Shown here: in pieces, positions 1-11,048 of the stretch
How the letters are laid out: the number at the start of each line of letters is the position of its first letter
Position numbering within the stretch: position 1 is the first letter of the stretch
Assembly (NCBI RefSeq): GCF_035594765.1
Contig: NC_085846.1
Coordinates: 20,633,190-20,697,189 of the forward strand
DNA length: 64,000 bases
Direction: 5' to 3'
DNA from: Anolis carolinensis
Lineage: Eukaryota
Made by a program: the position numbers and the translations under genes
Notes under the pieces: model-generated
Told to the model about the DNA's origin: nothing
Databases searched by the model: none
Seen by the model: the letters and a program-made list of their open reading frames with translations, nothing else

Positions 1-973
1 CTGTATTTACAAATTTACCACTAAAATATCACAATGAATTTAAAACACTGACTACAAAAACATTGATTATGAAAAGGCAGACTGCGTTGGATAATCCAGA
101 ACATTGTATAAGCGAATGTTGGATAAGTGAGATTCTTCTTTAATATGAAATAATTACTGGGATAGAATAATGCAGAACAATATAATCTCTAAAACCAGGA
201 CAGTAAATAAACAGGGGAATTCCACACAGGAAACAATCAGGGCCAGCTAACACCTCCCAACAAAGTATTCCCATAATCAAAGTCTGGCAAATCCTCTGTT
301 TTCTCAGGGCCACAGACAGTAGAAGCACATAAAATATCGCAAACACCACCACTCTGAAACACAAGGGAATTCCAGACAGGAAACAATCAGGGCCAGCTAA
401 CACCTCCCAATAAAAAATTCACTCAGGGAGGAAACAGCCAGGCTTTAAAGCTGCAAGGCCATTACATCCTAATCATTTTTCCTAATTGCAGCATTCATAC
501 TTGCCTCCAACAAACAAAAAAAACCAATCAGAAATATTGTATATTCACAACCTTTAGGAAATAATATCCCCTGATGGCGCAGCGTGTTAAAGCGCTGAGC
601 TGCTGAACTTCTGGACCGAAAGGCCACAGGTTTGAATTGGGGGAGCGGAGAGAGCCCCCACTGTTAGCCCCAGCTTCTGCCAACCCAGAAGTTCGAAAAC
701 ATGCAGATGTGAGTGCTTCAATAGGTACTGCTCCAGCGGGAAGGTAACGCTGCTCCATGTAGTCATCCCACATGACCTTGGAGGAGTCTACGGACAACGC
801 CGGCTCTTCGGCTTAGAAATGGAGATGAGCACCAACCTCCAGAGTAAGACACAACTGGACTTAATGTCTGGGGAAAACCTTTACCCTTGACCTTAACTAC
901 CACCAATTCCTCAATACTTTATTTCCCATACCACCATACTTCGCCACAGCACCGCGTGGCCGGGCACAGCTAG
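1..973 (+). mobile_element. Non-autonomous Helitron, 3' portion (5' end outside window), mosaic of captured TE fragments
   Basis: Ends in hairpin GCCAC-agcaccgc-GTGGC (943-960), then CTAG (970-973) followed by T, the Helitron 3' signature. Interior: mariner-MITE-like piece (1-135), 46-bp direct repeat (215-260/365-410), Sauria SINE. Confidence 0.75.
575..895 (+). mobile_element. Sauria SINE (inside Helitron)
   Basis: tRNA-like head GGCGCAGCGTGTTAAAGCGCTGAGCTGCTGAAC, body homologous to 47840-48172, ACCTTT-type tail. Confidence 0.85.
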
Positions 974-1650
974 TATTTTTATATTCCTTACTTACACAAA
1001 TGAATTTCCCAACCTACCTTAATTATGGAATATGCTGATGCAGTTTCTAAATGCAATTGTAGGCAGACTGTTAGGAAGATGTTTGTTGCAAAACCATTAG
1101 AGATATTAGTTACAGATATATTCCTAATGTCAGAATTAACCCCTCTCACATGTGTAATGGAAAGAGCACATATACATACCACTTCCCAGATCTTGTACTA
1201 ATGCGATATTGATGTAAAAATTCCGGCTCTGTCATACAGGATGCCAAGCAAGATGTGACGTAAAGGAAGTTTTGTTGATGGGGCCTTTAATGGTAAATTA
1301 AATAAGCCTAGAGAAAGGTGACAATTTTTAAGTAACTGAAAGTAGTTTTAAAGATGGATTGCTAGTTTTGATATACACATGTACACAATGTTTCACCTGG
1401 TAAACAAGTTGAATAGTCTGAAGTATCCAAAAAATGCAAGGGAAAATATCAGTGTACATTACAGTTAACAAACACTTCTCATTCTAAATTTAGCTTACTA
1501 ATTACAACAAAATACCCTGTGTGTATGTGGGGAGGTGTGGTGAAATAATATAATAATTATTCAAGAGAATCTTACCTTTTGTACCATAAGAAAAATGACT
1601 AGATAACCAGAGAGATCCCTGATAGGTTGATCTACAAACAGAATTCAGAT

Positions 1651-1984
1651 CATAGAATCATAGAACTATAGAGTTGGAAGAGACCTAATGGGCCATCCAG
1701 TCCAACCCCCTGCCAAGAAGCAGGAACATTGCATTCAAAGCACCCCCGAAAGATGGCCATCCAGCATCTGCTTAAAAGCCTCCAAAGAAGGAGCCTCCAC
1801 CACACTCTGGGGCAGAGAGTTCCACTGCTGAACAGCTCTCACAATGAGGAAGTTCTTCCTGATGTTTCGGGTCAAATCTCCTTTCCTGTATTCTGAAGCC
1901 ATTGTCCCACATCCTAGTCTCCAGGACAGGAGAAAACAAGCCTGCTCCCTCACATACTTCCCCTCCCTATGACTTCCCCTCACA
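1651..1984 (-). mobile_element. CR1 LINE 3' end, 5'-truncated
   Basis: CATAGAAT repeats (reverse complement of ATTCTATG tail); minus-strand ORF NIRKNFLIVRAVQQWNSLPQSVVEAPSLEAFKQMLDGHLSGVL is CR1 ORF2 C-terminus. Confidence 0.9.
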
Positions 1985-2309
1985 GATCACCTTTCTTTAG
2001 TTAAACTGACAACACATATTTGGAGTTATGGCACATTTTTTTCCCCTGACAAGAATTTCATATCACTGTACAGGGATCACACTATCCTTCATATATGCAC
2101 TAGGAATATGGATAGATAGGGTAAGTCACAAATTATACAGTTAGTGTTCTTTGGTTATACCTCAAGATTATCATGTATCACTCAGTTTCTGAAACATTAC
2201 AACAAGAAAGAAAAATGTTATTTTACTTTAACAATTCTAATTTTTGTACTGATTTGTACTTGAATGAGAGACCAACAAATCTGAGATACTGTAGGATATA
2301 GACCAGCAG

Positions 2310-2400
2310 GCCACCTCTGATTGTTCCTTTCCTAATAAAACTATAAAATTCATGGGGTTTCCATAAGCCAGCAGGTAACTTGAAAGCATGCACACACACA
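2310..2400 (+). mobile_element. Old squamate SINE 3' fragment (same family as 14203-14392)
   Basis: CCACCTCTGA...AAATTCATGGGGTTTCCATAAG...ACTTGAAAGCATGCACACA, similar to the tail at 14300-14392. Confidence 0.5.
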
Positions 2401-3438
2401 TATGTATGCACACACACACTCAACCTGTCAGTCTTTATAGAATGTAAATGTTGAGCAAACTGGTTACTTCTTTACTGAGAATAATATAAAAGAATTCTAC
2501 TTACATCTGTGTTCTCCTGGACTATTACGTTGACAATAGGCTTCTGTATGGGCTTCTCTGAAGAGATAATAGAGGAAGAATTCACATCCTCTGTTGTCTG
2601 TGGTGATAACCCTTCAGTGGAAAATAAAAACTCTCTCTCTCTGCCAAAATACAAGTCTGGTCATTCCATTGATCCTATTCTTCCATTTACTATTTCATTG
2701 TTTGTTCAGAGTAGAAATCCTGAGCAAATGGGTTCCATCTTTTTTCCAGGAGATTTTCTAAGAAAGTGATCCTTGTGCTTCTTGGAAGACAGGAATATTG
2801 AGTGTCAATGAAGACAGATTATGTGCATTTTGAAGAGTCATAAGTGAAAGTGCTTATATTATTTCCATTTTCTCTGGTGTTTCAGGGAATCAGTCCTTGG
2901 AGAATATCACAGATCCTATGAGGAAAAGCCCAATTTAAAAAATAAAGATGTCACACAGCACCCAAATTTTCCTTCTTTATTTTTCTCAACACATAAATAT
3001 TCAACCTTAATTCCCAGATGGTTACAGTGATCAGTTGATATGAGCAACTGATTACCGAGATAATTTGCTTCATTCACCTTCCTTACTCCATAATATGTCA
3101 GACTGCTGCCCAAATTAAGTTCTAAAACAGTTTTCTTAATTGACACCAAATAATGTGAATTATTTGGCTTTGAGACGAGCAGTTATTTGGAAATATTGAC
3201 ATCATTTTAAGTGAGATCTTTTTTAGCGGCTGTATATCATAAATTATATTTCATTAGGGTTAGTGAGGCAAATGATGGTGATTGTAAAATTCTTGTAGCT
3301 TTGAAGATTGGACAGAATGCTTAGGAGATTTCAGTATGTCCCTTGTTCACCTTTAACTGCGTGAAAATTCAGGTAATTCTACATTGTGACTGGCAGTTAG
3401 GGTTCAAAAACTGTATTATGCCTTTATTCTATGTTTGC

Positions 3439-3439
<1 letters not shown>

Positions 3440-3491
<52 letters not shown>

Positions 3492-3512
3492 ATTATTAAC
3501 AACAACAACAAC
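3440..3512. repeat. (ATT)n then (ACA)n microsatellite at L2 tail
   Basis: Direct reading; source of the poly-Leu/poly-Thr ORF 3343-3591. Confidence 0.95.
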
Positions 3513-3519
3513 AAAATCT

Positions 3520-4118
3520 TTATTTCTATTCTGCCTCATCTCCCCGAAAGGACGCGGGGTGGCTCACAACATCAATAAATACAATACATAGTATATCAAA
3601 ATAAATAACAAATTAATAACAAGGAAACAAATAACATAAAACAAATATACAAATTAAACTGTAAACAGCAAAAACGTTAATTAAAACATATCTAAAACAG
3701 TGTTTCCACTAGATTGAAAACTAGATAAAAGCCAAGATACCTGAGTTTCCTTAGAACAAAGACCTTGTCCACATTAAGGGGAATATTGTTCATCATTTTC
3801 AAAGGCTTGCTTAAGTAACCACATATCTTTAACTCCTTCTTAAAGGTCACGAGGGTAGTTGCTTGTCTGATCTCCTTGGGGAGGGTGTTCCAGAACCAGG
3901 GAGCCACTATTGAGAAGGCCCTCTCCCTCACCACCACCAGCCTTGCTTGCGATCAAGAGGAGGGCCTCCCTAGATGACCTTAAAGCCCAGACACATTCAT
4001 AAAGGGAGATGCGGTCGTGTACATAGGCAGGACCTGAACCGTATAGGGCTTTATAGCTAATAACCTGCGTTTTGAATTGGGCCCAAAAGCAAATAGGCAA
4101 CCAATGAAGTCGCTTCAA
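3520..4118 (-). mobile_element. L2 LINE 3' fragment, frameshifted
   Basis: Minus-strand peptides LHWLPICFWAQFKTQVISYKALYGSGPAY and RAFSIVAPWFWNTLPKEIRQATTLVTFKKELK; L2 3' stem at 3520-3570. Confidence 0.9.
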
Positions 4119-4836
4119 GAGTTGTTCTCAACAACTCATATATATTAAACTGGTATTTTAATGATTTCAGAATACTGTACAAAATCAGATAACATATAAT
4201 AATGTATGAAATTCATATGCATTGTCTGTGTTATCCAAAATATGATATGAATGATGAGCTGAACTACAATAGGAAGGTGTGCAAAAAATGTTTCTTCAAT
4301 ATGTGTGAAAAACACATCAATGGTAATAGTTGGGGCACATCTAAAATCATGGGTAAAAATGAACTGCACTGCCCGCAAACCTGCAAATTAACAAACAACA
4401 AAATATGTGCACTGTACAGCACAGCAGAGAAAAATGCCAACGGAAAAGTTTGCCCAAAGAACTTGGAAGACTGAATAGAAGGTGACTTCACTGTTAACAT
4501 GGTTCTCTAGCCTTTGTAAGATGATTCAAAAGGTTGAGGTCAAGATTTTACAAACTTTTAGCAGTGTCTAGATACTCAGCAGACTAGTTACCTTGGATTC
4601 CACAGCTTCTAGTTGTGTAAAAGGGTTCAAAGTCATTGGGTTCACCGCTGTGCTACAAATCAAAAGTTGGAACATGCTTATTCTGAGAAAGTGGAATCAA
4701 TTGTTCAACTACTTTCAGCCTAGTTTAGTGTTCTTATAGAATTATAACCCAGATCTTATATGGTCCCCAAAAGAAACACAATGTAGTAGAAGTATTTTTA
4801 TCTCTTCCACACATGTGTGAAAGATCATCCCATTTG

Positions 4837-5139
4837 GAAGCTGAGAACTGGGAAGCCCTGGCCCTTGAGCGCTCTAATCGGAGGTCAGCTGTGAACAGCA
4901 GTGCTGCAGAGTTCAAAGAGGCACAAATGGAGGGCTTAAGGGAGAAACAGGCCAAGAGGAAGGAGCGTCAAGCCAACCCTGACCAGGACCACCTTCCACC
5001 TGGAAACCAGTGTCCTCACTGCGGGAGAACATGCGGATCAAAAATAGGTCTCTTCAGCCACCTACGGACACACCCCCAAGACTTCACAAATGGAGGACCA
5101 TCATCCTTAACCTACGAGGAATCGCCTAAGTAAGTAAGT
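4837..5139 (+). mobile_element. RTE-clade LINE 3' end
   Basis: WEALALERSNRRSAV...CPHCGRTCGSKIGLFSHLRTH C-terminal zinc finger; (TAAG)n tail. Confidence 0.85.
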
Positions 5140-5169
5140 ACAGCAACATTCTCAAACAAGTGGCAGACT

Positions 5170-5324
5170 TGCTGTAAAACATGATGTTTTGGTGCTTAAT
5201 TTGTAAAATCATAACGTAATTTGACGTTTAATAGACTTTTCCTTAATCCCTCCTTATTATCCAACATTTTTTCTTATTCAACATTCTGCAAGCCCATTTA
5301 TGTTGGATAAGCAAGACTCTACTG
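5170..5324. mobile_element. Tc1/mariner MITE, truncated copy of the CAGTAGAGTCTC family
   Basis: Matches the right half of 7465-7787; ends GACTCTACTG followed by TA. Confidence 0.85.
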
Positions 5325-5503
5325 TATTTGGGATATGTGGCCAACAACTAAATTGATTTAATCAGAACTCATTTCTCTATAATTGTGGCCTGGATAAACT
5401 GACATTTTTTGTCTGGTGCCTCGATGTGGCTCAGAAAGGAGTCAATAATGAAATATACACACAATGCAAAATGACAGGGTTTTTATATCTCCCACTCTGA
5501 AAT

Positions 5504-6044
5504 TGTTTAGGAAATATGGAGCCAACCTATCCAATTTTGGAAATAACTTGTTTCTTGGTGATGTGCAAAGGAGGTAAAATATTCTGTGCGAAATAGGGAC
5601 TAAGCAGAGTCTTCTGCCCTAGCTGTGCTAATGTATTTTAGGGGGGCAGGGATATAAATTGGTGAGCATCCTCTGGCATATTTAGTGTGTGTTTGTGAAC
5701 TATAGGTGAAGGATGGGAATTTGGAGCCCTAGCATATCATATGTTCAAGAGATTGGGTATAAATTTTCTGTCCTTGGGCTGCTTTCTGGATCTTTTCCCT
5801 CACCAAGGACCAGGTGGCTTGAGGTTTTCCACCTTCTGGTCAGCCTTTTCCAGTGTCTGGTCTGGGTGAAACTTACTCCTCCTGCTGCTACAAACCAATT
5901 TTTCTCTCCCATATCTGGCTTTGTATATCATCAATAAAAACATATATAGGTAACAATTAACATTAATTAGGTAACAATTAATAAAGTTGCCATTATTAAC
6001 CCATATCTTGTGTCTGGTCTCTTTATTTCTTTCGTGGGACAGCA
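5504..6044 (+). mobile_element. Candidate solo LTR
   Basis: TG...CA ends, TATAAA-like boxes, AATAAA at 5933 and 5980 followed by TGTGTCTGGTCTC U5-like tract; AAATTG overlaps both junctions but no clean TSD. Confidence 0.35.
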
Positions 6045-6054
6045 AATTGCTGTA

Positions 6055-6208
6055 TTCTCCAGGGAAAAATGTTTATTTCTAGAAATGTTTCCAGACAAGC
6101 AAGGAAAATGAAGAAAACCTCACAAGCACTATTTACATTTAAATCACAAATTCTCTTTTCAAAAGCTGCACACTAATACCCGAGAGATTTTTATGGTCTC
6201 ATTAAAAA
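6055..6208 (+). promoter_or_regulatory. Candidate promoter of OR at 7975 (O/E-Ebf and homeodomain sites)
   Basis: TTCTCCAGGGAA (6055-6066, O/E-like), ACCCGAGAGA near 6178, TCATTAAAAA (6199-6208, extended homeodomain site TTTTTAATGA on minus strand). Motif-only evidence. Confidence 0.35.
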
Positions 6209-7464
6209 TAAACTTGGTTATTGCTTTTATTAGTGCATGAGATATCCACCTTGGCAGTGTTTCTTTGAAGAAACAGGCTAACAATTGCACACAAGTTGCA
6301 GTATCAACTATCATGACAACAACGTGTCTCATTTTTGATCCACTAAATGAAATAGAAGCTTGATCTTGGACATAGAGTAAGGTATTTGTTGCACGTTTTG
6401 GAACATGCTATGCATGAATATTACAGTCTTTGAGTTTGTGTATATATAGTGGGCAAGATCAAATCAAAGTGATATATGGATCTAAGTTTTCCCACTGGGT
6501 TCATGGGACTTTAATAGTTTCCTTTTAACCAGATAGTGCACTTTAGGAATGAGATGTTTTTACTGAGAAGTAAAATATATGAATACCAAAAGTTGCTTAG
6601 ATATCAGAACTATTTTTAAAAGGAAGTACTTAGAAATGTACCCTTGGAATTTTATTGTGAAAAACCAAAAATATATATAGGTACTTGACTGAGTTGTGTA
6701 AAACAAATTCTGAATTTAGACAATGTGGTAAAATGGAATTCAAGAGATATCAGAAGAACAGCACAGTCCTATATTTGCACATTTGATAGTCCAGTTCAGT
6801 TAAGTAAAACTTCGTTCCAGCTAAAAGCATAGGGGATTATAACCTTCTTTGGATTACCCTCTACTAGTGCCTAATGTCCCACTTATGGAAAGTATGAAAT
6901 TCAGAAATTTCCCAGATTTTTCTCCACGTTAAATGTACAGGTTTGTTGTGCCACAGAGAATGAAAATATAATCTGTTTTTATATTGGCAGACGTGGATAT
7001 TGACTTTATATGGTGTTTTTTTTAAGAAAACAACAACAAAAAACTCTTGCCTAGCTATGATTTTTTTTTCTTTATGAACCAATGCATCTTCCTTTTTATG
7101 AATCTTGGAGAATTAAGATCAGGGGGATAAGGTCATAAACAGAAAGGTCTACACAATGATGAAGTCTATACAATGAAGATGAGGTTTATTACTTGCTTCT
7201 AATTCTAGGTAGAATTTAATCTTATATGCTGTTGTACTTGATCCAATTGACTTTATGATCTTCTATTCTTTCACTTACCATATAACTAATAATTATTAAT
7301 ATACTATAGAAATAGTGAGTTCTAGCCTGATTTTCTCTCCCTCACACTTTCTACTCCAACCACTCCCTTTTTGCTTTATAAATAGCCCTGAAAATTTGCT
7401 CACTCTTCACAGTTAAAATACAGATTTTAGAAATTTGCTTATGGACCAGAATCCCATCATTTTA

Positions 7465-7787
7465 CAGTAGAGTCTCACTTATCCAACTCTCACTTATCCA
7501 ACGTTCTGGATTATCCAACACATTTTTATAGTCAATGTTTTCAATACATCGTGATATTTTGGTGCTAAATTCGTAAATACAGTAATTACTACATAGCATT
7601 ACTGCATATTGAACTACTTTTTCTGTCAAATTTGTTGTTAAACATGATGTTTTGGTGCTTAATTTGTAAAATCATAACCTAATTTGATGTGTAATAGGCT
7701 TTTCCTTAATCCCTCCTTATTATCCAACATATTTGATTATCCAACATTCTGCCAGCCCGTTTATGTTGGATAAGTGAGACTCTACTG
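7465..7787. mobile_element. Tc1/mariner-superfamily MITE, full length (323 bp)
   Basis: TIR CAGTAGAGTCTCACTTATCCAAC at both ends, TA target duplication. Confidence 0.95.
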
Positions 7788-7974
7788 TATTTTCATTTGA
7801 GACAATTCAGAACTGTCAACTGCAGTTTATCATGTTTCCAGTCTCCCAAAGAAACTAAGCAATTCTGGACATTGTAAAAAGACAATTATATTGAAATATA
7901 GCAGTAGAAGAAGTGATACTGGAGAAATGAAACTGTTCTTTTCCATTTCCAGGTAACTGTCACAATATAATTAA

Positions 7975-8916
7975 ATGGATGTGAATAACTTCACAACTGG
8001 AGTTACAAAATTTGTCTTCATGGGGATTTCACAAAATCGAGAATTGGAACTTTTTCTCTTTGTTTTCTTCTTGATGGTATACATGAGTACATGGTTAGGA
8101 AATGTCATCATCATTGTTACTGTAATATTTGATCATCACCTACACATGCCAATGTATTTCTTTCTGGCCAACTTGGCTTTTTTAGATGTTAGTGAATCCT
8201 CAGTTACTGCTCCTAAATTGCTGCAAGTCCTCTTTTCTATGCAGAAAACCATCTCCTTCCATGGATGCTTGACCCAGATGTTCTTTTTTCACTTTATTGG
8301 AGGCACTGTTGTTTTTTTCCTTACGGTGATGGCAGCAGATCGCTTCCTGGCTATTACTAAACCTTTGCAATACACAATCATTATGAAAAAAAATGCATGT
8401 CTAGGGTTCATCATGGGTGCTTGGCTGGGTGGTTTTGTTCATTCCATTGTTCAGTTGGCATTGATAATACAGTTACCATTTTGTGGTCCCAACATATTGG
8501 ATAATTTTTATTGTGATGTTCCACAGGTGGTGAAGTTGGCCTGCACGGACATCTATACAGTTGAGCTCCTTATGGTATCCAACAATGGACTTGTTACCAC
8601 AGGAACATTCATTGTTTTGCTAATTTCATACAGCATTATTCTGTTTAAGATTCGGAACCATGTCTCACAAGGGAAACATAAAGCTCTTTCAACATGTGCT
8701 GCCCAAATGACAGTAGTGAGTTTACACTTTATCCCATGCATCTTTATTTATGACCGTCCTTTTAAGAAATTTAGAGGAGATAAAGCAGTGTCCATTCTCT
8801 ATACGGTTATCACACCAATGCTAAATCCCATCATCTACACACTGAGAAATACAGAGATGAAAAATGCTATTAAAAGGTTAGTGGGCAAAGTGCTGACAAT
8901 TTATCAGAAGGGATGA
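7975..8916 (+). CDS. Olfactory receptor, family 4 (OR4D-like), 313 aa
   Basis: NFT glycosylation site, GN, LHMPMYFFLANL, MAADRFLAITKPL, FYCDVPQVVKLAC, SY, KALSTC, PMLNPIIYTLRN; acceptor TTTTCCATTTCCAG with AG at 7951-7952. Confidence 0.97.
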   Translation: MDVNNFTTGVTKFVFMGISQNRELELFLFVFFLMVYMSTWLGNVIIIVTVIFDHHLHMPMYFFLANLAFLDVSESSVTAPKLLQVLFSMQKTISFHGCLTQMFFFHFIGGTVVFFLTVMAADRFLAITKPLQYTIIMKKNACLGFIMGAWLGGFVHSIVQLALIIQLPFCGPNILDNFYCDVPQVVKLACTDIYTVELLMVSNNGLVTTGTFIVLLISYSIILFKIRNHVSQGKHKALSTCAAQMTVVSLHFIPCIFIYDRPFKKFRGDKAVSILYTVITPMLNPIIYTLRNTEMKNAIKRLVGKVLTIYQKG

Positions 8917-9019
8917 AAACTGTAATTAGGTTTAAAATTGGGATGTGCTTTGATTTTGTAGACTAAGAAATCTGATTTCTTATTAACTTGCTATAATCAT
9001 ATTAGAAATGTGAAAGGTG

Positions 9020-9076
9020 CCTGCTATAGATGCAGGCAAAATGTCAGGAAAGAATGCTTCGGGAATATTGCCATAC
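9020..9076 (+). mobile_element. 57-bp Penelope 3'-end fragment with 13-bp TSD
   Basis: Homologous to 27402-27458; flanked by AATGTGAAAGGTG at 9007-9019 and 9077-9089. Confidence 0.75.
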
Positions 9077-9187
9077 AATGTGAAAGGTGTCTTTAAGAAT
9101 AGCTATCTTCTGTTAAACTGTTTTGTAACCAAACATATTTCTGTGCTACAGACCAGATAAGTTGTAACTATCTATCCGACACATATA

Positions 9188-9520
9188 TAGGCTGAGCCTG
9201 CATTATTCACTATTCCAAAATACTCCAAAATCGAAAATTGTTTACATGGGTGGCCCACACAGTGATACTTTTGCTTTCTGAAGGTTCCAAGTATACAAAC
9301 CTCATTTTATAAACATATAAAAGTATAAAAATATTGTGTTTAAAATTACCTTTAGGTCAGAGATAAGGTGTCTATGAAACATAAATGTATTTATTTTGTA
9401 TTTAGATTTGGATGCCATTGCCAAGATAGCTCATTATGCAAATATTACATAATCTGAAAAAAATCTGAAAAATTGGATTATTTTGATCTCAAGCAGTTCA
9501 AACAAGGGATGCACAATCTG
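9188..9520. mobile_element. Tigger-like MITE, diverged
   Basis: Degenerate TIRs TAGGCTGAGC.../...GGGATGCACAATCTG, TA flanks, internal TCCAAAA/TCTGAAAA repeats. Confidence 0.6.
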
Positions 9521-9772
9521 TACAATCTGTGACCCATCCAACCAAAATACTCCCTAACTTAAAGGGATGACTAACATTTTATAAATTATTCCTCGAACCT
9601 GAAAGTAATTGGCAAGTAATATTAGGCTGGTTCTCTGTTTTTGTCCTTCTATAGAAAGACAAATACATTTTTATCCAAACAGACTTCTAAGTTAAGTTAG
9701 TGTACTCTGGAAATCAGTCTACCTGGTTGGGTGCTCTTTCATTTTGGTGTTTTTCATGTCTTTGTTTTATTT

Positions 9773-10685
9773 AGAATTCTTGCTTTTAGTCTATATCTTA
9801 CTAGTGTTGGATGTGCTGAAGAACCAGGCTGTAGCGCAGCTGGCTGGTAACCAGCTGCAATAAATCTCTACTGACCGAGAGGTCATGAGTTCGAAACCCA
9901 GGTCGGGTTAAGCCCTCGACCATTAAATAGCCCGGCTTGCTGTTGACCTATGCAGCCCTGAAAGACAGTTTAATCTGTCAAGTAGGGAAATTTAGGTACG
10001 CTTTATGCGGGAGGCTAATTTAACTAATTTACAATATCATAAAACTGCCAGCAAAACACGAGGAAAGGAATGAGGAAGTACAGCCACTAGTGGATAGTGA
10101 AGCAACAACTCCCCCTGTGGCCGGAATCGTGAAGCTGGAAAAAAATGTTAAATGCCTCTGTGTCTGTCTATATATGTTGTTTGTCTGTTGGCATTGAATG
10201 TTTGCCATATATGTGTTCATTGTAATCCGCCCTGAGTCCCCGTTGGGGTGAGAAGGGCGGAATATAAATACTGTAAATAAATAAATAAATAAATAAAGAA
10301 CATCTTCATTGAAAGGGAGAATAACAATTGACAAAAAATAAAATAAAATACATTTTCTGTACATACTGTTTCTCCTGCACTGCAAAATGCTTGCGGTGGA
10401 GTGTGTTTTTGAATTAAAATGAAAAGTTTATTTGAAGAATGTTGTCCTTAATCAAACTTTCTGGTTGTCAGGATCAAGCTCCCAAGCAATTCCCACATGG
10501 GCTTTTTTTTGGTTTAATACTTGTTTAAAGAATTCTTGCTTTTAGTCTATATCTTACTAGTGTTAGATGTGCTGAAGAACATCTTCATTGAAAGGCAGAA
10601 TAACAATTGACAATAAATAAAATAAAATACATTTTCTGTACACACTGTTTCTCCTGTACTGCAAAATGCTTGCGGTGGAGTGTGT
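9773..10685. repeat. Local duplication of about 157 bp; copy A (9773-10406) interrupted by SINE, copy B (10529-10685) empty
   Basis: AGAATTCTTGCTTTTAGTC...GCGGTGGAGTGTGT present twice with only a few substitutions. Confidence 0.95.
9825..10295 (+). mobile_element. tRNA-headed SINE with L2-derived tail (AnolisSINE2-like)
   Basis: Pol III A/B-box-like head (GTAGCGCAGCTGG; GAGTTCGAAACC), L2 3' stem CCGCCCTGAGTCCCC...GGGCGG, (TAAA)n tail, TSD AAGAAC at 9819-9824 and 10296-10301. Confidence 0.9.
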
Positions 10686-10979
10686 CTGTGTCTAGCACTG
10701 AGATACAATGCGGGGGAAACTCATGTCTGAGGATGCCAGTCCTTTTTTCTTGTCTTGCTTCCTCCTTGTGATATATCACAATTGAATTTCTAATATCTGC
10801 TTGAATTTGGCATGTTGTATAACTTTATGATAAATGTAGAGGGGAGGAAAGTGTTACACTTTTAAAATAGGAGTAGCACTCAATCGAAAGAGGGGAAGAA
10901 AGTATTTAGATCATATCTGGTAGTTGGTTGTGACTTGTGAGCTGGCCACAATAAGGATTGACCCCCCATCAGACTGCTG

Positions 10980-11048
10980 TTCAGAATGGATCAAATATTA
11001 TCCATTCTGAATATTTGATCCATTCAGAATGGATCAAATATTATCCAT
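10980..11048. repeat. Direct plus inverted micro-repeat (fold-back)
   Basis: TTCAGAATGGATCAAATATTATCCAT at 10980-11005 and 11023-11048, separated by inverted copies of its own parts. Confidence 0.9.

Noticed and set aside
4813-5133. 106-aa zinc-finger ORF as a host gene
   Set aside because: It is the C-terminus of an RTE LINE ORF with a (TAAG)n tail.
8329-8370. Missing Cys in MAxDRxxAI(T/Y)KPL of the two family-4 genes as a sign of decay
   Set aside because: Mammalian OR4D proteins, from memory, also lack this Cys, so it is a subfamily trait.
9020-9076. Additional hammerheads here and at 13740-13770 (+)
   Set aside because: CUGANGA box is missing and the GAAAC/GUC segment is mutated.
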